This document shows positions 19,654 to 29,966 of a stretch of DNA of 51,633 nt, piece by piece. Position 1 is the first letter of the stretch; each line of letters starts with the position of its first letter. Location: the NCBI GenBank assembly GCA_030616985.1, contig JAUWWG010000001.1:1-51633 (forward strand). The letters are read 5' to 3'. Origin of the DNA: Thermoplasmatota archaeon (GTDB lineage: Archaea > Thermoplasmatota > E2 > DHVEG-1). A program made the position numbers and the translations under genes. The notes beneath the pieces are model-generated. The model did not search any database, was not told where the DNA came from, and saw only the letters and a list, made by a program, of their open reading frames with translations.

Positions 19654-19839
19654 CTATCTGTGCTCGGTCATTTTTTTATCCTTGTGTCTCTCATAGCAAT
19701 CGGTACATAGCTCGCCGTCTGCATCATTCCACTTACCGCAAATTATGCATCTTGTAATTCTTCCTGCATCTTTTAGATCATGACATTTTTCACATAAGGG
19801 ATAAAATTTTGTCGACTTACCACATACTGGACAGTGCAT
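19654..19839 (-). CDS. Small zinc-ribbon protein (61 aa)
   Basis: Four Cys pairs: CPVC, CEKC, CIIC, CTDC. Confidence 0.55.
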   Translation of the reverse strand: MHCPVCGKSTKFYPLCEKCHDLKDAGRITRCIICGKWNDADGELCTDCYERHKDKKMTEHR

Positions 19840-20001
19840 ATTTCCTCACTCAAACTATAATTTTGTAACAATTGCTCCCTAATAAAAATATTTCTTCACT
19901 ATTAATTATTTCAATTATCTTGAGACACTAAACTTCCTTTTAAAATTGCATAAAATTAAACATTATATGATTAGATCTAATCTCATCTTGTCGATGTTGA
20001 A

Positions 20002-20229
20002 CTATGGTTCGAGATATTCTTTCCCCAATTCAATATCATCAACTATGTTCTGCAGTTTTTTCACAGCTTCAGCTTTTTTTATGATTTCTTCCATATGATT
20101 TTGCTGATATTCTCTTATAGCACGCCTAATAAATTCAGATCGATTGGAAAACTCCCCACTTCTCAAAAACATATCCATGATCTGAATATCCTGCATCGAA
20201 AGCCTAAGAGTTAGCCTGGTATCTTCCAT
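20002..20229 (-). CDS. Ribbon-helix-helix (CopG/NikR-type) DNA-binding protein
   Basis: 75 aa. N-terminal beta-strand RLTLRLS followed by FSNRSEFIRRAIREY, the typical RHH helix pair. Confidence 0.7.
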   Translation of the reverse strand: MEDTRLTLRLSMQDIQIMDMFLRSGEFSNRSEFIRRAIREYQQNHMEEIIKKAEAVKKLQNIVDDIELGKEYLEP

Positions 20230-20529
20230 AAGGATTCCTCAATTGATGTAATAATTGACTATACATATAAATAGATTATGTTCTCCAATCCCTACTAAAC
20301 AATCAAACAATGGCTAAAATGATATAAATTGGAGGTTCTTAAGACATTATATATCGGAATTTGCAATGAAGAAATTACCTAAGATAGTTGCATGACGAAA
20401 TTATTTTTGGATGAAGCCCGTACAACCATTACCAGGTATCTTTGACAGTGCTTATCAAAAAATAATTATACATATTGCAAAAGATTATTATCCTCAGTCA
20501 CTACCAAAAAGAATGGAGAGAAATTCCAT

Positions 20530-21318
20530 CTAAAGAAATATTTTGATAAATATCATCATCCCCATTACAAGAACAACAACACCAATAAGTTTACCAAGCT
20601 TATTTTCGCCAATGCGACTAGCAACAAGAGAACCTGTAACGCCCCCTACAGCCGCCGCACAGACCGCTATGAGTGCAACATTTACAATCACTTCACCATT
20701 AAGAAAATGCCCGGTTGCCCCCGAACCTGCAATAAAAGACATCATCAAAAGCGAGGTACCGATTGCTGTACGGAAATCATACCCCAAAACAAAAATAAGG
20801 ATTATCGCAACGATACCACTACTTCCCATACCTGCAAAACCACTAGCAAAACCAACAAAGAGTCCAAGGATAACAAAAGTATATGTCTTTTTATCTCTAA
20901 AAAAATTAAAATTAATCTTTCCCTCAATAAAGTCAATGTTTTTTTGAATGCCATTTATAATAAAATTTACACCAATTAGCATTAAAAATAGACCAATCAA
21001 GAGACTAAGTCCAAGTTCAGAAGTGCCTGATGTGAACATACTACCTACAAATGCACCTATAACTCCCATAAAAGCTAGTACGATCACTGGTTTGAAATCA
21101 ACGTTACCATTCCTGAGAAATATCAGTCCAGCAACACCACCAATGACACAATCTACTAAAAGACTAGTGCCAATTGCCTGGTGAACAGAATAACCTATGA
21201 AAATTGTCAAACATGGAATCATAATTGCCCCTGCAGTACCAGAAGCTATACCAACAAACAAACCGCTTCCAAAACCAGAGATCATTATGAGGATATTAAT
21301 CAAGTAATCGTCAATCAC
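20530..21318 (-). CDS. TauE/SafE family sulfite/anion exporter-like permease
   Basis: 262 aa, ~8 Gly-rich TM segments with an internal duplication (GSGLFVGIASGTAGA... / GFASGFAGMGSSG...), typical of TauE/SafE. Confidence 0.8.
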   Translation of the reverse strand: MIDDYLINILIMISGFGSGLFVGIASGTAGAIMIPCLTIFIGYSVHQAIGTSLLVDCVIGGVAGLIFLRNGNVDFKPVIVLAFMGVIGAFVGSMFTSGTSELGLSLLIGLFLMLIGVNFIINGIQKNIDFIEGKINFNFFRDKKTYTFVILGLFVGFASGFAGMGSSGIVAIILIFVLGYDFRTAIGTSLLMMSFIAGSGATGHFLNGEVIVNVALIAVCAAAVGGVTGSLVASRIGENKLGKLIGVVVLVMGMMIFIKIFL

Positions 21319-21407
21319 AAGAAGGACAACATGTTTTTTGGATATATAGATTCCCGTTTAATAACAGTAAATTGCAATTAAGGATTCCGAAAAATACTGT
21401 CCCTAAA

Positions 21408-21953
21408 CTACTCCTGATCTTCTACTTTAGATATACTTCCTATTACCTTATTTGCGAGAAAATCACGTATTTCTTCTGGTTTTGTAGTATCAATACCAAA
21501 ATATTCAGGGAAAAGTTTAGTGGTCGTAAGCATCTCAGTAGATCCATGTCTCTTGCTATAAATTAGTTTCATAGAGGCAAGTTCATCCACGTGATCATAT
21601 ATCTTGGGACCTGCCATACGTCGCAGATTAGATTGTTTAACAGGTTGATGAAATGCAATAAGTGCCAGTGTCTTGAGTAGGTTACTATGAATATCAGGTT
21701 TAGCAATCATTACAGATTGATCGACGTATTTTTTTTTCACCTGCATGGCATACTTATTTCCTGCCTTTACTATCTCCATGGAGGTATCGTTTTTACGTTC
21801 AACATTGTAGTCTGCAATAAGAGTTTCTAGGGCATCTTTAATCTTCTTTGGTGGAAGATCCGTTGCTTCCTTAATTTCATTTATGCTAACTGGCTTACTT
21901 GCAGAGAACAACACAGACTCGATTAAACGCTTCTCCTTTATTCCCATAACCAA
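21408..21953 (-). CDS. scpB: Segregation and condensation protein B
   Basis: 181 aa. IESVLFSASKPVSINEI start and two winged-helix halves, immediately downstream of scpA and smc. Confidence 0.85.
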   Translation of the reverse strand: MVMGIKEKRLIESVLFSASKPVSINEIKEATDLPPKKIKDALETLIADYNVERKNDTSMEIVKAGNKYAMQVKKKYVDQSVMIAKPDIHSNLLKTLALIAFHQPVKQSNLRRMAGPKIYDHVDELASMKLIYSKRHGSTEMLTTTKLFPEYFGIDTTKPEEIRDFLANKVIGSISKVEDQE

Positions 21954-21965
21954 TCATTCCTCTTT

Positions 21966-22862
21966 TTAGCTATATCCCATGTTTTTAATATATATCTTTC
22001 CATAGGGGAACTGTTTCTGATACACCCTTATCTTATTATCATATGCGAGAAACAACACTGACATAAATGTCTTTATGACATCCTCACGTCCTCTGGTTTC
22101 ACAGAGTTCAAACAGTGACATGGTCCTTCCGTGGAAGCTTTTGATTTTTTCCCACACAAATTCAACATCGTCCTCAACATGATCCTCGTGAGCCGTTCCC
22201 ACCATACGTTTTCTTGCTTTTTCCGAAAGTCTTATTCTTTCCGCTCGCCGTTGCCGTTCAATTAATTGATATTCCTCAGAGTCCTTTCTTGCATGATCAA
22301 ATGCATCTAAAAGCTCAATTAAGGTGACCTTTCTCTTGGCATTTCTTCGGATAGGTTCATCAAGTGGCGGCTCTGGCATCTTCATAACAAGGTTTGTATA
22401 TGAGTAGCCATCATCATTCTCAATCCACGTTCCTGTAGGTATATCGCCCCACCCAAAGGGTTCTTCGCTTTCCTCATCCACTGTCTCCATGCTTACAACA
22501 AGATCATTACTCTGCAACTTCAGTACTTTCCATGCCATATAGATCATACGACCTGCTGTCATCAGATCGATTTTTTCTTCTTTTGCTCTCTTCAAGTACA
22601 TGGTAGAAAAATTTACTAAATCAATGTCCCATGGGTTAAGCTGCTGTCTCATTACCAGTTCAAATGCAATCGAGATAGACCTATCAAACGGATTTTCAAT
22701 AGAAATATGCTCCCCTTCATTTGACTTCTGAAGCATGTCAACATAATAGTTAATCCTCTTTGCATCATCATCCTCATCAATAAGTGATTTATGGAACAGT
22801 AGGTGATTTATCACATCATCATCGATTTTAAGTTGCACCATATCTTTGACCTCCGCGGACAT
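21966..22862 (-). CDS. scpA: Segregation and condensation protein A (kleisin)
   Basis: 298 aa. LNPWDIDLVNFSTMYL motif typical of ScpA; position between smc and scpB. The start may be the internal ATG at 22841. Confidence 0.85.
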   Translation of the reverse strand: MSAEVKDMVQLKIDDDVINHLLFHKSLIDEDDDAKRINYYVDMLQKSNEGEHISIENPFDRSISIAFELVMRQQLNPWDIDLVNFSTMYLKRAKEEKIDLMTAGRMIYMAWKVLKLQSNDLVVSMETVDEESEEPFGWGDIPTGTWIENDDGYSYTNLVMKMPEPPLDEPIRRNAKRKVTLIELLDAFDHARKDSEEYQLIERQRRAERIRLSEKARKRMVGTAHEDHVEDDVEFVWEKIKSFHGRTMSLFELCETRGREDVIKTFMSVLFLAYDNKIRVYQKQFPYGKIYIKNMGYS

Positions 22863-25800
22863 CTATTTCACCCTTGGGCCCCACAGACGCTGGATCTATG
22901 TTGCCTATCAGCTCAGAAACCCCCGTATCCCTCATCGTAACACCATACACATAATTAGCCTCCTTCAATGCCACTTTACGCAGTGAAACCATGATAAACT
23001 GAGAATCCTGGGCATTTCGCTTCACCATACGCGATACGGTCTCCGCATTTACACCATCCAGGAACATATCAACCTCATCCAACACATAAAATGGACTGGG
23101 ATCATAGTTTTGAATTGCAAAAATAAACGCTAGCGACGCAATACTTTTCTCCCCACCAGATAGTGCAGAAAGCAAAAGTACCTTCTTTCCACGTGGTCTG
23201 GCCTTCATTGTTAATCCACCTTCAAAAATATTCTCTGGATCTTCAAGTTGAAGTTCTCCCTCACCACCCTCTGAAAGTTGTGAATACATATTTTTAAAAT
23301 TCCTATCAATCTCATCAAAAACTTCGTAGAATTTTACCTTCTTCTTGGCAGTTATCTCACTTGCAAGTTTTACAAGATTTTTTCTCTGATCCTTAAGATG
23401 TTTCACATCTTCATCAAGCTTATTTTTACGTTCTGACTGATGTTCATACTCTTCAAGAGCACGCATATTTACTGGTTCTAGCTCCCTCATAGACTCCTCG
23501 ATTACCTTCATTGAATCCTTAAGGGATTCAACATTAGGGATTTTATCATCAGTGATTTCAACATTATACAAACGAAGTTCCTCTTCTAGTTCTCGTATAG
23601 TACTCTCAAGTGTCGGCAATCTGTATCTTGCACGTGAAATCAAATCATAATATGATTCAACACGAGTATTTACCTTATCAAGCTCATTTTCGATCGAAAC
23701 AGCATTCCTATAAATTTCATCACGTCTGGCAGTTAAATCTTTCATCTTACCGGTCATCTGTTCTTCAACCGCCATCAATGCCTTCAACTCATCATGATAT
23801 CTAGATCGGGATTCCTTTAGCTCCTTGATCGATTCCTTGTAATTCTCAATTTCTTTGGTTTTTGCCTCAATCCTAGCGTAAATCTCCTCTTTACGCTCCG
23901 TTAGAAGTTCTATCTTCTTTCCAAGTGAATCTACCTCAGAAGAAAGAGTCAATACAGATTCATGGAGTGTTGAAACCTCTTTTTCAAGAGATCTTGCCTT
24001 TTGAGCCTGCTCCTTTTTAGTTCCCTTCAAAAGAAGTTTGCCCTTTTCCTCCTTTATTGAATCCAATTCTTCTAACCGTTGCTTGTATTCCTCAATTCTA
24101 GAAACCAATTCATTCTTCTTTGCATCCAGTTCTTCTTTTTCCTTAATCTTTGCCTCTATATCCTTACTCAACACACCAAGTTTCCCAGTGAACTCTTTTC
24201 TTCGGACATCTAAATCCTTAACCTGCATTTCCTTGTCAGTTTCTGTTCTAAGATATCCAAGATTGCTTTCTAATTCAACTATCTCCTTTTTCAAATTAGC
24301 TAGTTCCCCAGAAAGAATATCTTGACTGGATATGGCTTCCTGTAACTGCTGTGTTGTATTCTCCAGTTTGCCACGATCAACATTACTAAATGAGAGACTG
24401 GTTTTTGGTCTACTTCCACCCCTCATTGCACCACCAGCCTCAATTAAACTACCTTTTAAATCAACAAGCCGGACACCGCCCATGAGACGGCGTGCATCAT
24501 CTAGGCCATCAACCACGATTGTATCGCCAAATACATACCAGAAAGCAGCCCGATATTCATCCCTAAACTTGATCAAATCAATGGCAAATCCATGTGCCTT
24601 TGGATCATTAATGACCATAAGCGCCTTACCACGTGGCTTACCTGCAACCATTTTACTCAACGGAAGAAATGTAGCGCGCCCCAGATTTTCATTCTGTAGA
24701 AAACGGATTGCCCTTGCAGCAACCTCATCATTATCGATAATTATAGACTGCATACGAGCACCAGCAGCTATCTCCATCGCAACCTGATACTTTTCATCCA
24801 CCTGCGCAAGTTCAGCAATAGTTCCACAAATGCCCTCTATCGTCCCATCATCCCGGACCTTTAAAACCTCATTTACCGCCCGATTATATCTACTATGAAC
24901 AGATTGCAAGGCATCATACTCGGCCTGCAATTTAGACTGATCACGTTGAAGTCTGCGGACAACATTCTCCAAATCAGATAACTGCTCAGTAAGTTCGGCC
25001 TCACGTTTCCGCTTCTCAAAAAGATTTTTTTCAACATCCTTTGTTTTTTTATGTTTCTCCTGATGATCTTTCTTGAATTCATCGACCTGCCAATCAATGT
25101 CCTTGAGCTCAAATTCATATGTGGATTTTGTCTCTTGCATCTCCGCAATCTGAAGTTCAAGAGCATCCATCTTGTCAGTAAATCGGTTACGTTTAAGTTT
25201 AAGTTCGTGAATCTCAGTGTTTTTCCCGTTATACTCCTCACGCATCTCCGCAAGTTCACGAGTCAAATCCATAGATTTGTCATCATGCTGAGCAATAGTT
25301 TCTTTTAAGCTGGAAAGCTCTGTTTCTTTCTCATCTAATCCAGCTTGTTTTTCATCAATCTGCTTATTTAAGTCATCTCTTTGGGATGTATATTCATCGA
25401 TTTCTTTTTCTATGGTTTCCAAACCTGCTATCTGTTCCTTGCCCTCGTTTTGAATTTCTAAAATCTCATCATTTGAATAATTGATTCTCTCTTCAACCTT
25501 TATCTCTTCACTCCGTAATGAATCTACCTTGCCCCTGATCTCCTTTACCTCGTCACCACCGACGTCCCCAATCTTTTTCTCTATCACCTCAAGTTTTTTT
25601 TGTGATTCGGCATAATCATTTTTTAACTCTTTGCTTTTCTCATCTAGTGTACTTCTCTCCCGTTCATAGGATTCAATTTGCCTGCTGATTTCTACCAGCT
25701 GAGACTCAACATCCTGCTTCTTTTTTAGCGATATTTTCGCCTTTGTCGCGTATAACTTATCTTTTAATTCTTTGTATCGAAATGCTGCATCTCTATCGTT

Positions 25801-26472
25801 TTTAAGCTGCCTTATCTGAGTCGATATCTCATTCAAAATAATTCTTATGCGATCAAGATTGCCATCTACCTCTCCTTTTTCTTCTTCTGCCTTCTTGATA
25901 TCACCGTCAAACGTGCTTATGCCTGCAATTTCATCAACTACCCTTCTGCGTTCAATGGATCCCATTTCTATGAGGCTGGTGACATCACCCTGCTTCACAA
26001 TGTTATATCCATCACCCGAAATACGGGCATGAACTAGCACATTAATAAAATCAGAAAACGAAGAAGCACGACCATTAACATAAAAGTAACTATAATAGTT
26101 ATCAGGATTGCCCTTCAAAGGCGCCCGTTTTATCACCCTCGTAAGTGTCACCTCATCAGAGTCAATAGGCATCCTCCGACCAGTGTTGTCAAAAACAAGT
26201 GAAACCTTACAGTATTTGGCAGGATTCTTATGTTTTTTACCCCCATTGAAGATAAGATCAGTGAGCCTGCCTGCCCGCATAACCTTTGAGCTCTTAGGAC
26301 CAAGTACAAACAGAATGGCATCGGCTATGTTGCTTTTCCCAGATCCATTTGGTCCAGTTATAGCAGTAAACCCTGGAAAAAATGGCACCGTGAGTTTTTT
26401 ACCAAAAGATTTGAAATTTTCCATCTGGACTTCTTTAAGATACAGCTTCCATCCCTTCCTACTTTCCAACAC
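22828..26472 (-). CDS. smc: Chromosome partition protein SMC
   Basis: 1,214 aa. MENFKSFG, Walker A GPNGSGKSN, long coiled coils flanking a hinge, signature LSGGEKS, Walker B FYVLDEVD. GTG/TTG start with AAGTATATATAATATG TATA region ~20-35 nt upstream. Confidence 0.95.
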   Translation of the reverse strand: MLESRKGWKLYLKEVQMENFKSFGKKLTVPFFPGFTAITGPNGSGKSNIADAILFVLGPKSSKVMRAGRLTDLIFNGGKKHKNPAKYCKVSLVFDNTGRRMPIDSDEVTLTRVIKRAPLKGNPDNYYSYFYVNGRASSFSDFINVLVHARISGDGYNIVKQGDVTSLIEMGSIERRRVVDEIAGISTFDGDIKKAEEEKGEVDGNLDRIRIILNEISTQIRQLKNDRDAAFRYKELKDKLYATKAKISLKKKQDVESQLVEISRQIESYERERSTLDEKSKELKNDYAESQKKLEVIEKKIGDVGGDEVKEIRGKVDSLRSEEIKVEERINYSNDEILEIQNEGKEQIAGLETIEKEIDEYTSQRDDLNKQIDEKQAGLDEKETELSSLKETIAQHDDKSMDLTRELAEMREEYNGKNTEIHELKLKRNRFTDKMDALELQIAEMQETKSTYEFELKDIDWQVDEFKKDHQEKHKKTKDVEKNLFEKRKREAELTEQLSDLENVVRRLQRDQSKLQAEYDALQSVHSRYNRAVNEVLKVRDDGTIEGICGTIAELAQVDEKYQVAMEIAAGARMQSIIIDNDEVAARAIRFLQNENLGRATFLPLSKMVAGKPRGKALMVINDPKAHGFAIDLIKFRDEYRAAFWYVFGDTIVVDGLDDARRLMGGVRLVDLKGSLIEAGGAMRGGSRPKTSLSFSNVDRGKLENTTQQLQEAISSQDILSGELANLKKEIVELESNLGYLRTETDKEMQVKDLDVRRKEFTGKLGVLSKDIEAKIKEKEELDAKKNELVSRIEEYKQRLEELDSIKEEKGKLLLKGTKKEQAQKARSLEKEVSTLHESVLTLSSEVDSLGKKIELLTERKEEIYARIEAKTKEIENYKESIKELKESRSRYHDELKALMAVEEQMTGKMKDLTARRDEIYRNAVSIENELDKVNTRVESYYDLISRARYRLPTLESTIRELEEELRLYNVEITDDKIPNVESLKDSMKVIEESMRELEPVNMRALEEYEHQSERKNKLDEDVKHLKDQRKNLVKLASEITAKKKVKFYEVFDEIDRNFKNMYSQLSEGGEGELQLEDPENIFEGGLTMKARPRGKKVLLLSALSGGEKSIASLAFIFAIQNYDPSPFYVLDEVDMFLDGVNAETVSRMVKRNAQDSQFIMVSLRKVALKEANYVYGVTMRDTGVSELIGNIDPASVGPKGEIDVRGGQRYGAT

Positions 26473-26819
26473 TATAATTCACTATCATATTATATATACT
26501 TGCATCCCTAATTTCCTAGAACAAATTTTGGTATATAAAATTTTGGAGATTTTAGTGTAAAATTGCAACCTTCATGAGGAGTTAATATAGCATATAATCA
26601 CAATTCCAAAGCAAGTATGTGACTTATATAACTTTAAGTCAAATGATAAGTTTAGCATAGAACCCATTGGCAATAATGAATTGAGATTAGGAAAACTTAA
26701 CCCACCTTAAAAACTTCCATCAAAAAGCCTAGGTTTCATGCAATAAAGTACCTTCCACAACATTATAGGTATTAAATCCCTCCTGTAAAAATGTGTGTCA
26801 AATAGGTAGGGGTAACGTA

Positions 26820-26858
26820 GGGATTTCCAAATGAAGCCAATGTTCATTTGGAAATCCC
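26820..26858. repeat. Perfect 16-bp inverted repeat with a 7-nt loop (stem-loop or palindromic operator)
   Basis: GGGATTTCCAAATGAA-gccaatg-TTCATTTGGAAATCCC. It sits in the 493-bp smc / PAS-gene divergent intergenic region and is followed by AGTATTTTTCC on the plus strand. Confidence 0.6.
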
Positions 26859-26964
26859 AGTATTTTTCCGTTCAAATAGCACAATAATTATTAATTATGG
26901 ATGCATTTCTATCATCATTGTTTAATAATATAATCGATAAAGAACATTAACCTGGAGGGTACGA

Positions 26965-28800
26965 ATGTCTAAAAAACAAATTATGAAGAATGAGGATCTT
27001 GTTTCTTTGATTGATAATTTTCCTGGCGGTATGGTTGTAGCTGATTTAGAGGGTAAAATACTGGCTGCTAATGTTACTCTTGGAAGGATTTTTAATTTGT
27101 CACGTGAGAAACTTATTGGTACTTCAGGTTTTTCATATTTGGAGAAAGCTGTTGGCAAACATCGTGGAAACATAATGGAAAGCATTGTCAGGGATAAAAA
27201 AACTGTTGAAATTGTTGATTATGAAAGGGGACATTGGTGGAAAGCAATATTCGTTCCAAAAATTAATTCCTCTAACAATGTGGTTGGATTTTTCATATAT
27301 ATTAATGATATTACAACTGAAATGAAAAAAGAAGAGCGTAAATTTATCAATCAAGAAGAATACTATATATCTCTGATTGAGAATTCGACGGATTTAATCA
27401 CTGTTGTTGATAAAACTGGAAAAATACTTTATGAAAGCCCACCATTAGAAAAAATGTTGGGATATACAATTTCTGAAAGATTAGGTAAAAAAACTTTTGA
27501 AAATATTCATCCAGATGATGTAACTAGGGTTAAACAATATTTTAAAGAAGTCATTTCTCAACCAGGTTTAACAAATAAACTGACGTACAGGGTTAAAGAT
27601 AAGAAGGGTATTTATCATTATTTTGAATCTGTTGGTAATAACCAAATTCATAATCCACTTATCAATGGTTTGATTATTAATTCTCGTGATATTACGGAAC
27701 GACAGAAAGGTAGAGAGAGAATTTCGAAACAGAAACGTTTTCTTGATAATCTTGTAAATAGTGCCGGTGAGATTATTTTTACTGTTAACGAGGATTATAA
27801 GGTGAGTTTGTGGAATGATGCTGCGGAGCGAAACACTGGTATTTCTAAAACAAAGATTGTTGGTAAGAAACTACGTAGTTTAAATCTGTTTGAGAATATA
27901 TCGGAGTTTCATGAGTATCTTAACCATGTTTTTGCTGGTAAAGATGTTTTTCTAAATCAACTTGTTGTAAAGAGTAATGTTGGCGGTAAGCGTTTATGGT
28001 CTATATCTCCTTCAATGGTGAAATCTAATAATGTGATTTCTGATGTGGTATTTATCTGTAAGGATATTACATTTAAGGATGAGATTCACGGACGACTTAT
28101 TCCTGGTAGAGGTTATCTTGTGAGTGAGGTTTCTGCTGATCCATTGTTTGATGTTTTTAAAGGGTTGTTGCATAGTGGTTGGAATGGATTATGTATCACT
28201 CGAAATCTATCTGACGTTGCTCCTGATTATTTTAAAGATCTGCAATCAACGATGTTGATGTTTTCTTCGTATGGTTCTGGTGAGGAGGTTGTTTCAAGTC
28301 TTGATGAATTGTTTGATACTATTGAAGTGTTTGTAAAAGAGACAAAAAATGCTGCTATGTGTTTGAATCGAGTGGATTATCTTATCAGTCGGTTTGGGTT
28401 TGACAGGGTTTTAGATTTTTTGTACCGAGTGAATGATCTTATGAGAATGAAGCAGGGTTTGTTTTTATTACGGGTGAATAAGACGTTGTTTTCTAGTGAA
28501 CAGGTTTGTTTTTTGCAGGAGGAGTTCAGTATGTTGCCTTCTCAGCAGATACAGGATGTGTCTCTTGAGGATGTAATGTATAATTTATTAGGTTTTATTT
28601 TTAAGGAGAATGAGAAGAATAGTCTTGTCTCTCAAAGGAATATCTGCAATCATTTTGGGATTGCTAAAGTGACTGCTCAGAAACGAATTGAGAATTTGTT
28701 GGAGAAGAGGCTTATTATCTCTCGGAAAAGTGGTCGTTCGAAGTTTTTGCATGTGACTGATAAGGGGGAAGAGTTGTTGCATCGAAGGAAAACAATTTAA
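26965..28800 (+). CDS. Multi-PAS sensor with DUF835-like domain and C-terminal winged-helix DNA-binding domain
   Basis: GGAGGG SD ~7 nt upstream. It has three PAS-like repeats (e.g. LIENSTDLITVVDKTGKILYESP...HPDD). The DUF835-like block is GRGYLVSEVSADPLFDVFKGLL...GLCITRN...LLRVNKTLF. The C-terminal HTH is ICNHFGIAKVTAQKRIENLLEKRLI. Confidence 0.8.
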   Translation: MSKKQIMKNEDLVSLIDNFPGGMVVADLEGKILAANVTLGRIFNLSREKLIGTSGFSYLEKAVGKHRGNIMESIVRDKKTVEIVDYERGHWWKAIFVPKINSSNNVVGFFIYINDITTEMKKEERKFINQEEYYISLIENSTDLITVVDKTGKILYESPPLEKMLGYTISERLGKKTFENIHPDDVTRVKQYFKEVISQPGLTNKLTYRVKDKKGIYHYFESVGNNQIHNPLINGLIINSRDITERQKGRERISKQKRFLDNLVNSAGEIIFTVNEDYKVSLWNDAAERNTGISKTKIVGKKLRSLNLFENISEFHEYLNHVFAGKDVFLNQLVVKSNVGGKRLWSISPSMVKSNNVISDVVFICKDITFKDEIHGRLIPGRGYLVSEVSADPLFDVFKGLLHSGWNGLCITRNLSDVAPDYFKDLQSTMLMFSSYGSGEEVVSSLDELFDTIEVFVKETKNAAMCLNRVDYLISRFGFDRVLDFLYRVNDLMRMKQGLFLLRVNKTLFSSEQVCFLQEEFSMLPSQQIQDVSLEDVMYNLLGFIFKENEKNSLVSQRNICNHFGIAKVTAQKRIENLLEKRLIISRKSGRSKFLHVTDKGEELLHRRKTI

Positions 28801-29047
28801 AAAATCGGCCTTTCTCCATTTTTGGGTAAAATGATGTACCGCTATTGCATTCATTCAATAGGGTAAAAGAATGGAAACAAAGCGGTACGAATATAGTAAG
28901 CTATTCAACAGATATTTATAAGTTTAGAGGGTTTAAATTCAATAAGATGGGATCCTATGTGCATATCAGGCGTTTTAAGTCATTATCCCTTCTTATTCTC
29001 TCCTGGGAAAAAAGGTGTGCCGAGAAGAGTACCTATAATCTAACTAT

Positions 29048-29467
29048 CTAGTCTCCCCATCTTATCTTTATCCATGACTCCATGAATCTCTCCGTAAGCT
29101 CTGGTCGTGCATATACTATGTCTGTACTAGTAACAATTCCGACTACTGCATCATCAGATACAACAGGAAGTTTTTTTATTTTATATTTCTTCATTATTTC
29201 TAATGCCTGTTCTAGTTTTTTTAGCGGATGAATTGTTTTAATATCAGAAGACATAATCTCTTTTATTTTTGTTTTTTTCGGGTCTTTGCAAAGACATACG
29301 GCTTTTTCAATAAGGTCACGCTCTGTTACTATGCCTACACATCGTTCTTTATCGGTTACAATCAGACAACCAACCTTTTCATCTCGATATTTGATAAAAG
29401 CATCAAAAATTGTGTCATTGGAATCTATGGTGACTACTTCTTTAGTCATAATTTCTTGTACAAGCAT
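29048..29467 (-). CDS. CBS-pair domain protein
   Basis: 139 aa. Two CBS motifs (VQEIMTKEVVTID...VGIVTERDLI; IKEIMSSDIKTIHP...VGIVTSTDIV). Confidence 0.85.
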   Translation of the reverse strand: MLVQEIMTKEVVTIDSNDTIFDAFIKYRDEKVGCLIVTDKERCVGIVTERDLIEKAVCLCKDPKKTKIKEIMSSDIKTIHPLKKLEQALEIMKKYKIKKLPVVSDDAVVGIVTSTDIVYARPELTERFMESWIKIRWGD

Positions 29468-29543
29468 ATTATCATCTCTCTGTCCTATAAAGTTAAAACA
29501 GAAATGAAATATAAATATTTTAAACTACCCGATCAGCCTATAA

Positions 29544-29930
29544 CTATTGTTTTTTCAAAATTTTATCAATTCTCGTCCCTAAATTCTTTATATCAAAAGG
29601 TTTTTCAATGTAATCAGTAGATGCCATCTTTCCAAATCCCTTGCTATATGGATCTGTTTGTACCGTTAGAAATACTACAGGAATCTCCCTCCATTTTGGT
29701 TTTTCTTTTAATTTTGCAAATACGTTCCACCCATCCATTTCGGGCATCATAATATCTAGTAGAATCAGATCAGGTATCTGACCGTTTTTTAATAGCTCAA
29801 AACATTTATGTCCACTTTCAGCACCTATGACTTTATACTTTTCTGAGAAATTTTCTAATCCGTATTTGATAGAAAAGAGTATATCAGGTTCGTCATCCAC
29901 AATCATGATTTTCTTCATAATTCTTTTCAC
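29544..29930 (-). CDS. Stand-alone response-regulator receiver domain protein
   Basis: 128 aa. IMIVDDEPD, phospho-acceptor context DLILLDIMMPEMDG, and conserved Lys in YIEKPF. Confidence 0.85.
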   Translation of the reverse strand: MKRIMKKIMIVDDEPDILFSIKYGLENFSEKYKVIGAESGHKCFELLKNGQIPDLILLDIMMPEMDGWNVFAKLKEKPKWREIPVVFLTVQTDPYSKGFGKMASTDYIEKPFDIKNLGTRIDKILKKQ

Positions 29931-29966
29931 CTCCTACTATATCTCTTCAATCTATTAGTTATTCTC

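Noticed and set aside
20543-21184. Three plus-strand ORFs overlapping the TauE gene
   Set aside because: They are antisense to a clear polytopic permease gene. The translations are Pro/Thr/Lys-rich mirror frames.
23610-26560. Several plus-strand ORFs (23610..23804, 24038..24325, 24332..24787, 25051..25308, 25847..26032, 26108..26560) and minus 24873..25259
   Set aside because: All lie inside or antisense to smc, whose motifs are unambiguous. Their products are low-complexity Ser/Leu-rich strings typical of antisense frames of coiled-coil genes.
28845-29051. 68-aa plus-strand ORF between the PAS and CBS genes
   Set aside because: It has no RBS, spans the nested inverted repeats, and runs into the convergent CBS gene end.
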